A stretch of DNA of 64,000 nt. Source: Callorhinchus milii. Taxonomy: Eukaryota. Made by a program: the position numbers and the translations under genes. Location: contig NW_024704743.1 in the NCBI RefSeq assembly GCF_018977255.1, positions 75,642,001 through 75,706,000 on the forward strand, written 5' to 3'. The first letter of the stretch is position 1. The number at the start of each line of letters is the position of its first letter. The notes under the pieces are model-generated. The model saw only the letters and a list, made by a program, of their open reading frames with translations, was not told the DNA's origin and did no database searches. Positions 37,811 to 50,625 of this stretch are shown in pieces.

Positions 37811-39149
37811 ATACATTCATTAGAATGTGGATGCACCAGAGGTTTGTGAAGCCAAGTCACGCATTCAATTGCTGGTCAGCCATGATCTATTAGCTGAAAT
37901 CTGAAGGTGTAACATGATTTTATGTACCTTGGCATTGAGAACGGTGGGGGAAAGGGGTGATGGTCTCACCCCATACTTTCAGGTGCATTCCTAATCATTG
38001 CATTATTTCTAAATTTAAATCACATTTTGGAACTCAATATGTCAGCATGGAGACTCAGCTACATTGTGCAATAACATTTGCTTTGGGGATATGAACGCTG
38101 CTTAAGTGGAAGCTCTAGTGTACAAAGGTTACACGTTTTCAATGAAGATCTGGATTAGCTCTTCATTGCTGGTAAAGTCTGAACTGACAGTTGTGTTGTT
38201 CTTACAGGCAATGTGATCAGCTGATCTGTGTCTCTCTGAGTACTTGTGTGTTTACAGGCAGGTGCAAAACAACATTATATGATTCTGCAAAACTGATCAG
38301 AATTTCTTTCCTTCAAAAGCAAATTAAATTGTTGATTCTTTCAAAAGCAAATGAGATAGATTTATTTTAGGAAACAGTATCGTGGTCTATAGTATATAGT
38401 TTGGGATACGACAAGTGACTGTGACTACCAAGATGTGGAAGGCAAACTGGATTGACCTTGGTCTTTTTTCATCTAGCAATTCTTACGTTCTCAATCCTGG
38501 GAAGTGCTTTGAAATGTCCTCCCAACATCAAATAAGCAATATGAAATGCAAAGATTATTATTATGAAATGGTTAGTCCACACATCGGTGAATAAAAGCAA
38601 TAATTACAGAACAAGGGTTCGTGAGTCACAGAGCAAAATTCTGCATCTTCAAAGTAAGTAAAGAAGTCGATTTGCTTTTTCAACACAGATGATGCTTTGT
38701 GGTGGAATATAAAATGCCATTTATTTTCCAATAAAGGAGGATGAGATGATAATAAACCCAGAAGCAAGATTTTGGTAAGAATTATAAATCACCGGTTTCA
38801 AAATGACTAAACCAATAATGAAGGCACTCAGTTTCAAAAGTTGCTTTTATGAAATTTGACAACCATGAAAACTTAAACTCTAATAAACTGCTTTATGTGA
38901 TTAGAAAATATCAAACATTTATTTCCCAGAAATGATATTGTCAAATGTGGTATAAAGTAGTGACCCAAAGAACCATCTGAAAAAGACCAGAGTTTCTACC
39001 TTAACTCAAAAGAGAAGAAAGGTCTGGTCTGACAGTTTGAAAATATGAGAGTTAGTCATATTTATCTGGATGATATCTTGCTTTGCTATAAAAACGCAAA
39101 GAAAGGAATTGATCAAAATAAAGCTTGACCCACTGTAACTCAATCATTG

Positions 39150-40095
39150 ATTACCATTGTGTCCTTCATGCTTTTGCATCTCTGTACCTTTCTGATCTGC
39201 TTACTCCACCATCCGTTGCCTCCACTTGTTTGGCTCCGACCACCTCTGTCCCACCATCGGTGGCCATGCCTTTGGCAACTACGCCCCGAAACTCTGGAAT
39301 TCTCTCCCTCAATCCCTCCTCCTTACCCCTCACCACCTTCAAAGACCTTCCTTTTTGATCGTGCTTACGGTCACCTCCCCCCTCCCTCTTACTCTGGCTT
39401 GTTGTCAGATTCCACCACTGTCAAATGCTCCAGGACGCTACCCCAAGTGAAGGGCGCTATATAAATTCAAGTTGCTGTTGTTGTTACCATGAACCGATAT
39501 GGCAATTAGCATTATTATTAATAATAATACTAATGCATAATTTCAAATAGCATTTGCTGTGCACAATTGGATGCCGAGATTTGCCAAGAAAATATATAGT
39601 CAATTCACTTTAGAGTATGTTCTGTGAAGTTCTTTGAGAAGTATCAACAAAGTGACAGGGACTATATCAAATGCAAGGATTATATAGCACCTTATCATGT
39701 TATTGAAATGTCACAAAGTGCACAGGAATTTCTTTCAAATTATAGTGATTGTAGTTGTAGGTGAATGTGGCAGCACTTTTTCTGAATCCCTTTCTATTTT
39801 GAATTTCTGCCTAAAAGCCTCTGTGACTGTGCCATTTGCCAAATCCCGCTAACGTCCTCTCCAGGCTCACACTTTATCTCTTTATCCCCAGTGCCTTCAC
39901 CTTGCTTCCTCCCTTTCCTCCTTCAAGGCCGGTCTCAAGACCTTTCTCTTCAACCGTGCCTTCACCTCCCCTCTCGACTCTCTACCCCCTCCTCGCTCCC
40001 TCCCTCCCTTCCCTCCCCTCACCCTGACCATTTCCCCCCTGCTTGGGTCCCAACCCAACTGTCCAGCGCCTTGGGACATCCTCCCGACGTGAGGC
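39150..40095 (+). mobile_element. Cluster of L2 3' ends and SINE tail fragments
   Basis: L2 tails at ~39150-39485 and ~39885-40095; SINE remnants at ~39550-39780. Confidence 0.78.
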
Positions 40096-41958
40096 ATGTC
40101 AATCAAACCTCACCCTGTTCTCATCCAATGTCACCAATTGTACTTTTCCATATGGGTCACTGGATCTTGATCAGGAAGAGGAACCATGTACTATAAAGTG
40201 TAGTGATGTGTATATTGGTGAATTAGAGCACAGGAATGTCCTATAAACAATCATGAAGTGAATGGCCAATTTTATTAGGGGATTGTTGACCCGGACACCA
40301 GGAGAAACCTTATATTCAAAATAGCAAATAAACAGATACAAATGCATATAAAAGATAAAATGTGATGGCACCAGGACAATGAGAGGAATGGAATTCTTTC
40401 TAATGTTTAAATCACTAGAAAAAAGGATTTATAGATATTAAAAGTCCATTACCAAGGATGAAAATCTTTGGTGAACCTTCTTCTCTGTTTAAGAAAGAGT
40501 AAACATTTCTCTTTTTTTTGGTCAGCCATGTGCAAAAACTCACCGCCATGTTTAACAGTATCCAAACTTGGCAGAGTTCCATGTAAGCATGGGAATTTCC
40601 ATTTGTCTGGACTAGAGTGTGCACTCTCTTCCCAGAGGAATGTACCCTACTCACATAATCCCAGAGAGTGCTAGGCACAGTTACAGTCAAGGCTTGAGCA
40701 CTGCAAAGTGTGCACTTTGGGGGTATTGAAGCCCTCTGAGATGCCTCCCTGTGTGAGGTGCTATTTATATCCAAATCATTGTTGTTGGAGCTTAACCAGC
40801 TAAAACACTTCAGCTTGCTGTTGTGCACACTGTTGGCAAGCTATCTATCCAGAAGGAAAAAAAAGAGGTGATTCATTTCTATCATAGTGACATGACATGC
40901 AAGTGAATCAATGTTGTGCTTCGGCATGATATATTGTGAAGAAACAAAAGTCGTTTGAGCCAAACAAAAGGCAGGTGGATAGATTTCTGTTAGGTAAGGG
41001 TATCGAGGGATATGGGACAAGGGCTGGTAATTCGAGTTGAGGTACAGATCAGCCATGATCTTTTAGACTGGCTAAACAGGCTGGAGAGGCTGAATGGCCT
41101 GCTCCTGTTCCTATGTTCCAAACTGTTTCATGAAAAAGGTGACCCTTCAATTGGTTTGCAAGGGCCACGGTACACAATGGGATTCACTGACCCCAATCCA
41201 GTGAAAAACCTTTTCGTTTTGATGAACATCAATGGATGATGGTATCTGGGATTTTCTGCCCAGTTTATTTAATGTGGCAAATTTGTTATTCCACTCTTGT
41301 AACAACTCTAATGTTGTAAAGCAAAATAAAACCCAATTATAAATATAAATGCAAACAATAAATATAATACTATAATATATCTATATACACTGCAGTAAAT
41401 TTCCCAAACATAGAGAATTGGGACTAAGATCTGGAATCCTTTTTGTTAGTGGTTAATTACCTATTTAAAGGCATCAGCAATTCGTTCTGTACACATGGTT
41501 TACACAACTTGCAAATCAAACTACAGTGGAGCCCTGACATGCTGGAGAGCTGGAGCATTGACACATGCAGTGAAAGATCATGAATTCACCAACATAGGTG
41601 AGTTTCTGATCTCAGCTGACAATGCTGAGACAACACTGACCAGAGCCCAGGCACTTTTACGCAGGGAGAGAAGGGAAGAAATAAATATCAGCACTGCATT
41701 TCCAAAACATCTTTCACTAAGAATAAGTTACTCTGTTGCAGTAGCAAGGGCGGAGTCCAAAACACCTTGTCTAACTCTTTTATATTTCAGGAATACTAAG
41801 AAATGTAATGGGAGTTACCATTACCATAGCAATGGGAAGTAGACCAAACTCTGTGATCTTAACAGGACTATTCAGACAAGTGATACAAAAAGTGTGGCAA
41901 CAGAACTGACACAGATATTTAGTAGGTATTTAAATACTTGAAAGAGGCTTTGACTCAC

Positions 41959-42243
41959 CATTCTGTACAAGCTGTGATGCCTCCTCTGTTGTACTACTGT
42001 GATCAGAATCTTTCTCTCTTTCAGACTGGCTTTCTTGCTCCTTGGACTCACAGTCATTGGTGGTATTATGGGTTTGCTTGTTATTACTATCATTGTCTTT
42101 TGAGTGTTTTTCCTCTTTGTCATTTCCCTGTTCAGTCGCTTGTCCTTTGTCCTCCTGCTCTGCTGTTTCGTCATTCCCCACGATTTCCTTAGACGCTTGC
42201 TTGATATTTTCTATAGCTTCTCTTCTGACCTTTTCTTCTGTAT
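41959..42243 (-). CDS. PDE1C: PDE1C charged low-complexity C-terminal exon
   Basis: ttcactaattag|...AATG|gtgag, 285 nt, phase 1/1, open. Translates (D)TEEKVRREAIENIKQASKEIVGNDETAEQEDK...EEASQLVQN(G). Confidence 0.88.
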
Positions 42244-43678
42244 CTAATTAGTGAAACAAATGATTCAAATATCTGCAGAACATGGATGGAAGCTCTGGAC
42301 AGACAGCACATCCAGGGAAACTCCAATCTCCCAAGGCTTGCAGTTTCTTAAAGGATTTGTCACAAGCACCGTTCTATTGAAACAAATCCTAATATTACAA
42401 CAATGAACAATATTACGTTTACATCAGCAGAAGATTTAGAATAACAGGTATTAACCAGCGGTGTGCCATGGATGAGTTATCCCACGTTAGCTTGGTCACA
42501 ATGCGGACTCTAGGAAGTGAGACACTTGTTCAGGACCAGCAGGTTTCTGCTTGATAGGGGAAAAAGTCACAATACGGCTGTTCATGTCCAACCCATCACT
42601 TTAAGTGGTAGCAACAAATAAAATTTGGAAGCTGTGTTCAGTCAACACAAGGCTAAGTTGTCCAATGGTCTCAGAATTCAAGGTTTTCTATTTGGTTGAC
42701 TTTTCTGCGCAGGAGGAATTCTTTCAAAACTAGATCCACAGTGATCACACAGTGATTTTTTTTGATGGGCAGGTACAACGCACTAAAAAGTGGTTGCAAT
42801 CTCTCACTGCCCACGCCCCCCGACCCTTCTGCTATCTGATTAAATCCCACCTTTAAACCTGCCTTTTTGACCCTACCTAGTCATCTCCACCCCCACCCCC
42901 CCTATTCCCCCACTCAGGGTCTGACCCCACCTTTGTAAAGTGCTCCAAGACATTATCTTATACAAAAGGTGCTATATAAATGCTTGTTGTTGTAATACCA
43001 ACTTTTAGGGTTTGGTAGCTGTTTCTACATCTCTTATTTGCTACTGCACCATAATCCTACAGAGGGATCTTTATTTCTCACAAAGACATGGAGGCGAGAC
43101 CTCAATTTTAGTGCTTCATCTAAAAGACTGCAGCTCCAACACAATAGTGCTCCTAAAGCCTGGAATCAGACTTACAGCCTCTGCTCAGTAGTGAAACCAG
43201 TCTTCACCTTAAGTATCTAATAACTCTAATACTTCTAGGAGAGTTAAGATCTTATCAAACTGGCAGTGAAGCACTAATGTAAGTGCTGAGTCATCTAGTG
43301 TTCGTGTTTAATCCTGAGATTCTCACCCCAGTGGTTGTCTGATCTCAAGCATCTCCTCGGGTGGCTAACAAGAGGCCAGGCATTTCCCCTCAGGGAAGTA
43401 CAACTGCTCTGAAGTCACTCCCCTCATTGCCCAGACTGCACTGATGAAATAGATGTTAAACTGAGTTCCCAACTGTTTATTTAAATGGACATTAAAGATC
43501 CTCTGGATAAATTTTGTCATTTACAGGAAATTGTTATGTGCAAATTGGTTACCATGTTTGCCTACAATTACAGTCACTACACTTTCCAGCAAATCCCTGT
43601 CATGCGCTTTAAGACATCTCTACACTGTAAGAGTTCAAAGCAAAACACGGTTTGTGTAGCATCCCCTCCCCAGCTGAC

Positions 43679-43854
43679 CTTTGGTATGTTGAGCCTTCCA
43701 TCTCTCGCGATTTTGTTGTAACAGTTCGTTCCAGCTACTTTTAAAGTTCTTCACATCCACAGTGAGCAGGGAGCAATTCATTGAGGCACTTCCTTCCGAC
43801 CCTGTGCTCTTCACACTGGACCGTTTGACTTCGGTGGTGGCAATGTTGTTCAGA
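43679..43854 (-). CDS. PDE1C: PDE1C exon
   Basis: gtctag|...G|gtcag, 176 nt. Translates LNNIATTEVKRSSVKSTGSEGSASMNCSLLTVDVKNFKSSWNELLQQNRERWKAQHTK, similar to the PDE1C SGSEGSA...NRERW region. Confidence 0.93.
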
Positions 43855-45240
43855 CTAGACACAAATGCAACATGAAGAAGTGTGGTGGGTTAGAAGGACC
43901 ATTGATCCAATGACCTCAAATAGTATATTCAATGCTGACCTGTGCTTGTGAGGACAAACTGGAGAAAACACCCGAAAGAAAGGGCAGAGTCCACAAAGAA
44001 CAGTAAAGTCTGCCTGTAGCTTCATCGTTTCTGACAGTGGAAAAGGTTTCTTATGAATGGACCTGGTTTGATATGTCCTCATAACATTGAAGTGGTTAAC
44101 GGAGAACTGTAATGCAAGAAGGAGCACTGGTTACATTTTTTCGAGATGTATGCCCCAGTTATATTGCAGGGATTAGTGTGACCCCAGGATTGAAGTGTAA
44201 CTATGCAAGACAGCACTATTGGATTATGCTGTGGGATTGTGCTGGGTACTGCATTCCCTTTGGCTCATTGTTCCTATTTTTCTGGAATAACGATCCTATC
44301 ATGTTTGTATTATAGCATCAAGCTATTTCTTAAATAAGTCCAGTGTCCTGGCTTCAATCATTCTTCCAGAAAACCTAATGCATATGTATGCAATACATTG
44401 TGCAGGGTATAGTGTGATGTAGTTTCTGGTGGGCATTGTATTATTCAGTGTGCAGGATACTGAGTAACATACTGCAATTTTTTAGTCAGTCTGGAATGCA
44501 CACCCTCTCCCTACAGGGTCACATCCTACTTATCAAATTCTGGAAAGTATTAGGCACAGGTTGGCAAGAGCCAAGGTTTGGGGACCACAGAATGTGCATT
44601 GGGGTACTGCTGGAGTCTGACCAACTAAAATCGCATTGGTTGCCATTGAGGACACAACCTGGCAAGCTTTCCTGTTACCTGTCCAGCTAGGATCACCCTA
44701 CATGGTAGGGCTCTGAGAGCTGAGTGGGAAGAGTCCCTGCCACCAGAGACTGGTCTGCCTTTCTAAGTCCTGCTCATGAGCCATCAGCAGGCCCTGGAAT
44801 ACTGTGAACCCGCCTGGCTCAAGAACTGGACAACTGAGACCGCCACGGAGGGCTGGCTCAATTCCGACATTCCATTGCCAAATATGCCACATTGGAGCCA
44901 GTTCAGCTACATGGAGACCCTGCTTACCTTCCCTGTGAATGTACAAACCTGTTTCTACAAACTTGGCCTACAGGTAATGCCTTCCAGCAGCTTTCATCAG
45001 GAGCCTCAGAGTTTCCTCAACAGCTACCTGGCGGGCATCTGTCTTCAGTATCATGGGAGGACCTTTACAGAATAGCTTGTGATGTGCTAGCCACCTTGAT
45101 ATTCTAGAGGTCCAAGTCCAATGCTGTGTACCAGGCTAACTCAGCACCTACTGCTTCATCCAGGTCCTCATGTAAGGAGCTTCAGTAAATAGACATAATT
45201 TACTTTAGTAATACTTGGGATACTCAAGTGTAATACTCAA

Positions 45241-45564
45241 GTTGAGTCTTGTAGCTCAGTGGTTAGAGCACTCACTTTGCAAGTGAGAGACCTGAGTTCA
45301 ATTCCAGACAGGGTGAAACCTTGGGCAAGTTTCCTTACTCCACATGCCTAATAATAATCCCTCTAAAACCAAAAACAATAATAAAATTGGTCATTTTCAA
45401 TCCACGACTGTTTGTGGGTCACTGCTGTGCGCAATTGGCTGCTGCATTCGCCCACAAATATACAGTCAATTCACTTTACAGTGTGTTCTGTGAAGTGCTT
45501 TGGGACGTCCTCCCGACGTGAAAAGCGCTACATCAAATGCAAGGATTATTATTATTATTATTAT
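45241..45564 (+). mobile_element. Young tRNA-derived SINE, full length
   Basis: Complete family match. Confidence 0.92.
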
Positions 45565-45689
45565 ACACGCTGTGAAACCAACATGGTCTCCAGGATGCTC
45601 AGCATAGGCCAGAGCCCTCCCTCACTGTAAACTTTCCCTCGTTTTCAAAAAATGCACCTCACTGCCTGGACTTTGCAAATGGTCAGGAT

Positions 45690-46797
45690 GGATTGTGTAT
45701 TGTACAGAGTATTGTGTGGCGGACTGTGTATTGAACAGAGTATTGTGTGATGGACTGTGTATTCATAGAATCATAGAATCATACAGCACAGAAAGAGGCC
45801 ATTTGGCCCAAAATGTTTGCACCGGCTCAGAAAAGAGCAATCCATCTTAATCCCACTGGCCCGCTTTCTCTCCGTAGCCCTGGAATCTTGTCCTCCCCAA
45901 ATACCCATCTATTTCTCTCTTAAAAGTTGTTATTGAATCAGCTTCCAATACGCTTTCAGGTAATGCATTCCAGATCCGAACAACTTGCTGGGTGAATTTT
46001 TTTTTCCTAACTTCTCCTCTGTTTCTTTTGACAACTATCTTAAATCGGTGTCCTTGGGTTACTGACCCACATGCCAGTGGAAACAGTTTTTACTAGTTCA
46101 ACCTATCAAATCTTCTCATGATGTTGAAAACCTCTATTAAATCCCCTCTTAATCTTCTCTGCTCTAGGGAGAATAATCCTAGTTTCGCTAACCTCTCCTC
46201 ATAACTAAGGTCTTTCATTCCTGGTACCATCCTGGTAAACCTCCTTTACACTCTCTCCAATGCCCTAACATCTTTCCTAAAGTGAGGTGCCCAGAACTGA
46301 AAGCAGTACTCCAACTGAGGCCTAACCAGCGTTTTATAAATATTCAACATAACCTCCTGACTTTTGAATTCTATGCACCTATTTATAAAAGCTAGTATCC
46401 CGTATGCTTTTTTCACAGCGTTATTTACCTGTCCTGCCACCTTCAGAAATTTGCTTATGTGGACCCCCAGGTCTCTGTTCATTTGCCCCCTCTAAGATTG
46501 CACCATCTAGCTTATATTGCCTCGCCTCATTCTTCCTACCAAAATGCAACACTTCACATTTCTCCACATTAAATCTCATCTGCCACGTTTTTGCTCATTT
46601 TACCAATCTGTCTAAGTCCTCTTGGAGTCTGGTGCTATCCTCCTCACCTACTTTTCCTAGCTTAGTATTGTCTGCAAATTTGGAAATTGTGCTCCCTTTA
46701 TCCAGGTCCAGATCATTAATATAGATCAGAAAGAGCAATGATCCCTATTGTACAGGGTATTGTGTGATGTACTGTGTGTATTGTACAGGGTGATGTG
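45690..46797. repeat. ~31-bp minisatellite split by the CR1 insertion
   Basis: gtattgtacagagtattgtgtgatggactgt-like units at ~45690-45763 and ~46746-46797. Confidence 0.75.
45764..46745 (-). mobile_element. CR1 LINE, 5'-truncated, inserted into a minisatellite
   Basis: DLGVHI...YKTLVRPQLEYCFQFWAPHFRKDVRALERV on the - strand, (catagaat)n tail, and tatt on both flanks. Confidence 0.92.
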
Positions 46798-47689
46798 GGA
46801 TTCTAAGTGGTAGGTGCTGAGCGGATGTATTCCCCTGCCATTGATGTGAAGAGACACAAGAGGATGAGTGAACTTGCATCCTTCTCTTGCACCTCCTGGA
46901 GGCAGGTTATAGAGCAGTGTAACCAGAGCCCGAGGGAGGAGGTTGCTTGTTCAGTTCTCAATCCCAGCAACCTGCAAGTTGCATCCAGAAGCCAGAGAAT
47001 AAAAGGAACATAATTGCATTGAAAGATTTAGATTTTTTTTATCAGTGTTGAACTGAATTTACAGCTCATTATCCTTCGTTGTTGCGTCAACACATTTTCA
47101 TAATCTTATTTTTATTCAGTTTTTTCCTTCTCTTAATTCCCTACACTGCATAATCTGTCACTGCACCTCCGCCATCAGATTGCTCTCTTGCTGAGAGAAA
47201 CATTATGTTTAACTGTTCTACCTGGCATGGCTTCTAATGAACGAGCCCATCTCTGGTGAGCTGGATAAACACACACAGCTCTGATGAAACATACTTGACA
47301 AACAGTGGTTCTATACCACGTGTTTCCCCCCAGGGGCCAGCTCGCCTCCGCAGTCAGCTCAGAGAGAAAGCTAGACTGATTTCTCTGTGCGACGTTTAGT
47401 TGAACCCAAAGCCACTTGATATTCAAATTAATCTGGCATCCAATGCTGCCTTTGTTTCAGTAATGGGTTGCGCCTTCTGAAATGCTGTACTCTGTCCAGC
47501 GCCTTGGGACGTTGAAAGGCGCTATACAAATGTAATCTTGTTCTTGTTGTTGCTTTCAGGTTGTGGGAAAAAAGCAGGAGAATGGGACTAAATGGCTTGC
47601 TCTTTGAGAGAACCAGGCACAATATGTTGACTGGTCTACTTTTGTGTGTAAATTTCTATGGTAAAGGCAAATGGAAGTTTCTAATAGTT

Positions 47690-48200
47690 TTGTACATCAC
47701 AATGCCCAAGGAGGTCCTTTGTACATCACAATGCCCAAGAAGGTCCTTTGGCCTATCTGATCTCATTCCTCCAAAATACCCAGTCTACTGTCCTCCCATC
47801 CCATCAAGCTGTTTCTTAAATGAGCCCAATATCTTGGCCTCACCCACCCTCCCTGGCAACCTGTTCCAGGCAGTGATATCCTCTGGGTAAAGAAAAAANC
47901 TCCTGGTATCTGTCCTGAAATTTCCCATTGCAACCTTTCCTATTCTACTGGCTTGGTTCATCCTAAAGTACTGTTTTGGGTTTGCTTTACAGCAAACTGG
48001 TTTAAAATGTTATACACCTTTATGAGGTCCCTTTGAGATACCTTCTCTCAAAACTGACGTTTCTTAGCTTATTTAATAGTTGCTCATACTGGGGATCATC
48101 ATCATTGCTCTGCTCTGCAATAATTCTAAGGCCTTATGTCATGGCAACCAGAATTGTATGCAGTACTTTTGGTGCAGCATGGCCTGACCTAAGTACTACC
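47690..48200 (-). mobile_element. Decayed CR1 3' fragment abutting a PDE1C exon
   Basis: Same family as 8085-8360 (caagctgtttcttaaatgag...ggcaacctgttcca...accagaattgtatgcagtact). Confidence 0.7.
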
Positions 48201-48229
48201 ATATGCAGTTTTACCAAAGTGTGACTAAC

Positions 48230-48350
48230 CTGGAACGTCGGAATCCAGTGCCACCGGAGCGGGAGGCTTCATCTATAAGAGGAGTTACAATCTTCTCCGA
48301 CATATCAGTCAGCACAGAAAACGTCGGTTCCACAATGAAATCAATAAAAC
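48230..48350 (-). CDS. PDE1C: PDE1C exon (end of catalytic domain)
   Basis: tctttcag|...AG|gttag, 121 nt. Translates FIDFIVEPTFSVLTDMSEKIVTPLIDEASRSGGTGFRRS(S). Confidence 0.95.
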
Positions 48351-50625
48351 CTGAAAGACATACGACAACTGTTCTTTCAGCATTCGTGCCTTACCCAAAG
48401 CGATTACTGCTTTTGCTGTGTGAGAAGTCATACTGCTCCCATTTTAAATTCAACCGCTGAATCGAGAGCAGAACATAATATATTCACAAGCTGCTAAAGT
48501 CCTAATGCAACAGACTCATCTCCAAGGTTACAAATGTTTCGTGCTAACTATTCCCAGCTAATTGAATGGCAGAAGAGGCTGGATCATGAGAAGGTTAATA
48601 TATGCCATTCCAGACATTTCCTTTCAGTAGATTAAGTTGAGTAAACAGTTTCCCCCCTGCTATAAGAACACATTAAACTAATCTTTCAAAGAATGCTCAA
48701 AGTGAATCATGAAAGGATCTCTGTTCCTCTTTAGCTTTAACCCATGTTATTATCTTGATCTAGAGAAAAAAAGTATCATCTCCCCCCTCCCCCTCTTCCT
48801 TGTATCTAATGAGTTGCAGTGGAATTTCACACCATCTTACTTTATCACCCACACTTTTGTTTCTTTTAAACTTCCCAGGAACAGAATTTCACCATCTGTC
48901 GCCTGTCTCTCGCTGCAATCATTAACTAACTATTTTCTGAGGCCAGAAATGTCAACTAGTCTAAGCTTGTTTAGATCATGTTGCCTTAATATTTAAGATC
49001 AGCAAAATTGTGAAAAATCCTCAACTTCAGTCTTAAATCTGGAAACTAGTCAGTTCTTTTTGAACAACTGCAGAGAACCAGTTTGAGAATGAATTATCAC
49101 CGATGATAACTATCACATCATTGACATGTGTAGTTGGGAACTTATTGCATTTGTGCATTTCACTGTCAACCTGCAGAGCTGACAGCAATAGGAGAGCAGG
49201 TTCAAAGGAAACCAGAGTGACTCACCAAAACAACAGCTAAACTGGTAACTTGCCAACCACTACTCCAGCTGACAATGCAAAGGCTGCCACAAGCAGCTTC
49301 AGGCTTAATTCTCAGAGTCATGGTGGAGGTCACACCATTGAAGCAGTCTTTACTTGTCAAGCATCACCACTGGGCAACATTGTGATACTGAGCTCAAGGT
49401 CTGGACTAATTCTTTCTAATTAGACATTTAAACCGAGGTCCCGTCTGTCTGTCCATGTGACTGTTAATACTATTACTAATATGATTCAAAAAGAAGAGGA
49501 AGTTTCTCCTAATGTCCTGGCCAACAATCCCGCAAATAAAATTGGTCATTCAGTTCATTGCTTTTTGGGACATTGTTGGGGGTAAGCTGGCTGTTGCCTT
49601 CACTCACAAAATACACCGTTACTACACTATTACTGTACCTTCTTCTTTACTCAGCATCCAACTCCGCAACTTTCAGTGCTTTCAGACACTATACTGAGCA
49701 AAGGGTATTATATAAATGAAAGTTTATATAAAGCTCTTTGAGATGATCCACCACATAAAGCTCCAGCACCAGATTGCATTGTTGACGAAATGGAATTGCT
49801 GTGTCTCCACTACCATCTAAACAGTGTGATCTCAGTGATGCCAGTGTTAACAAAGGGGGAACAGGCTCCACAGGAACCATTCAGTTTGTGCCAGCCCAGT
49901 GCATTCTCTCCACTAATCCCTGACACAAACAAAGTAATGAACGCAGCCCTGACTGATAAATCCTGAAATGATTATTTTAAAGCGTGTTTTTTTCTTTACT
50001 CTTCCTGTCTCTGTTTGAACAATAAAGTACCAACTGTTTGTATTACTGGAACCACACTCTCCCCGAGCATTAGGGCATACCTATTAATTCTATAGTGCAA
50101 CTTTGAGACAGTAAAATCTCTTTTGCCAAGCGATAAATAAAAGACTCAAAGGCTGTTTTGCCTGCTGCCACTAGTGCCAGTATGCTGAGAGATGCCGCAT
50201 GTGCTGTGTCAGAGTTAATGTACTCAGTGACTTTAAACTATTTGAGTCAGTTCTCTGGCTGCACAGCGGGCATCACTGTGTTGTGACATATGACGCAGGT
50301 CAGTATCTCAACTTGGTCTGGGACTTACTTCATTAAGTCTGCTGGGGTTGATTATCCCCTGTATTGATAGATGGCATGTAGCAAATAACAAACTCTATTC
50401 CACAAGCTACGTGGTCACAAGAAGTAGCTCAGCAAATATTGTTATTGGACAATAACAGTGGGTCCTGGGGCAAACTTACACTCAGTGACCCACTTTTGCT
50501 CTTTGCTATCAAAAATGTGTCAATGCCATTGAATATCAAATATCAGACCTGGAGCTGGCAAAATCTTATTTAGAGTCAGATCTCCAATTACCTCCAATAC
50601 ACCAAGATCTGGTTCAATATTACAT

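Noticed and set aside
41872..42251. Several overlapping ORFs around the 285-nt exon
   Set aside because: These are alternative frames of the low-complexity PDE1C exon; only the phase-consistent frame is supported.
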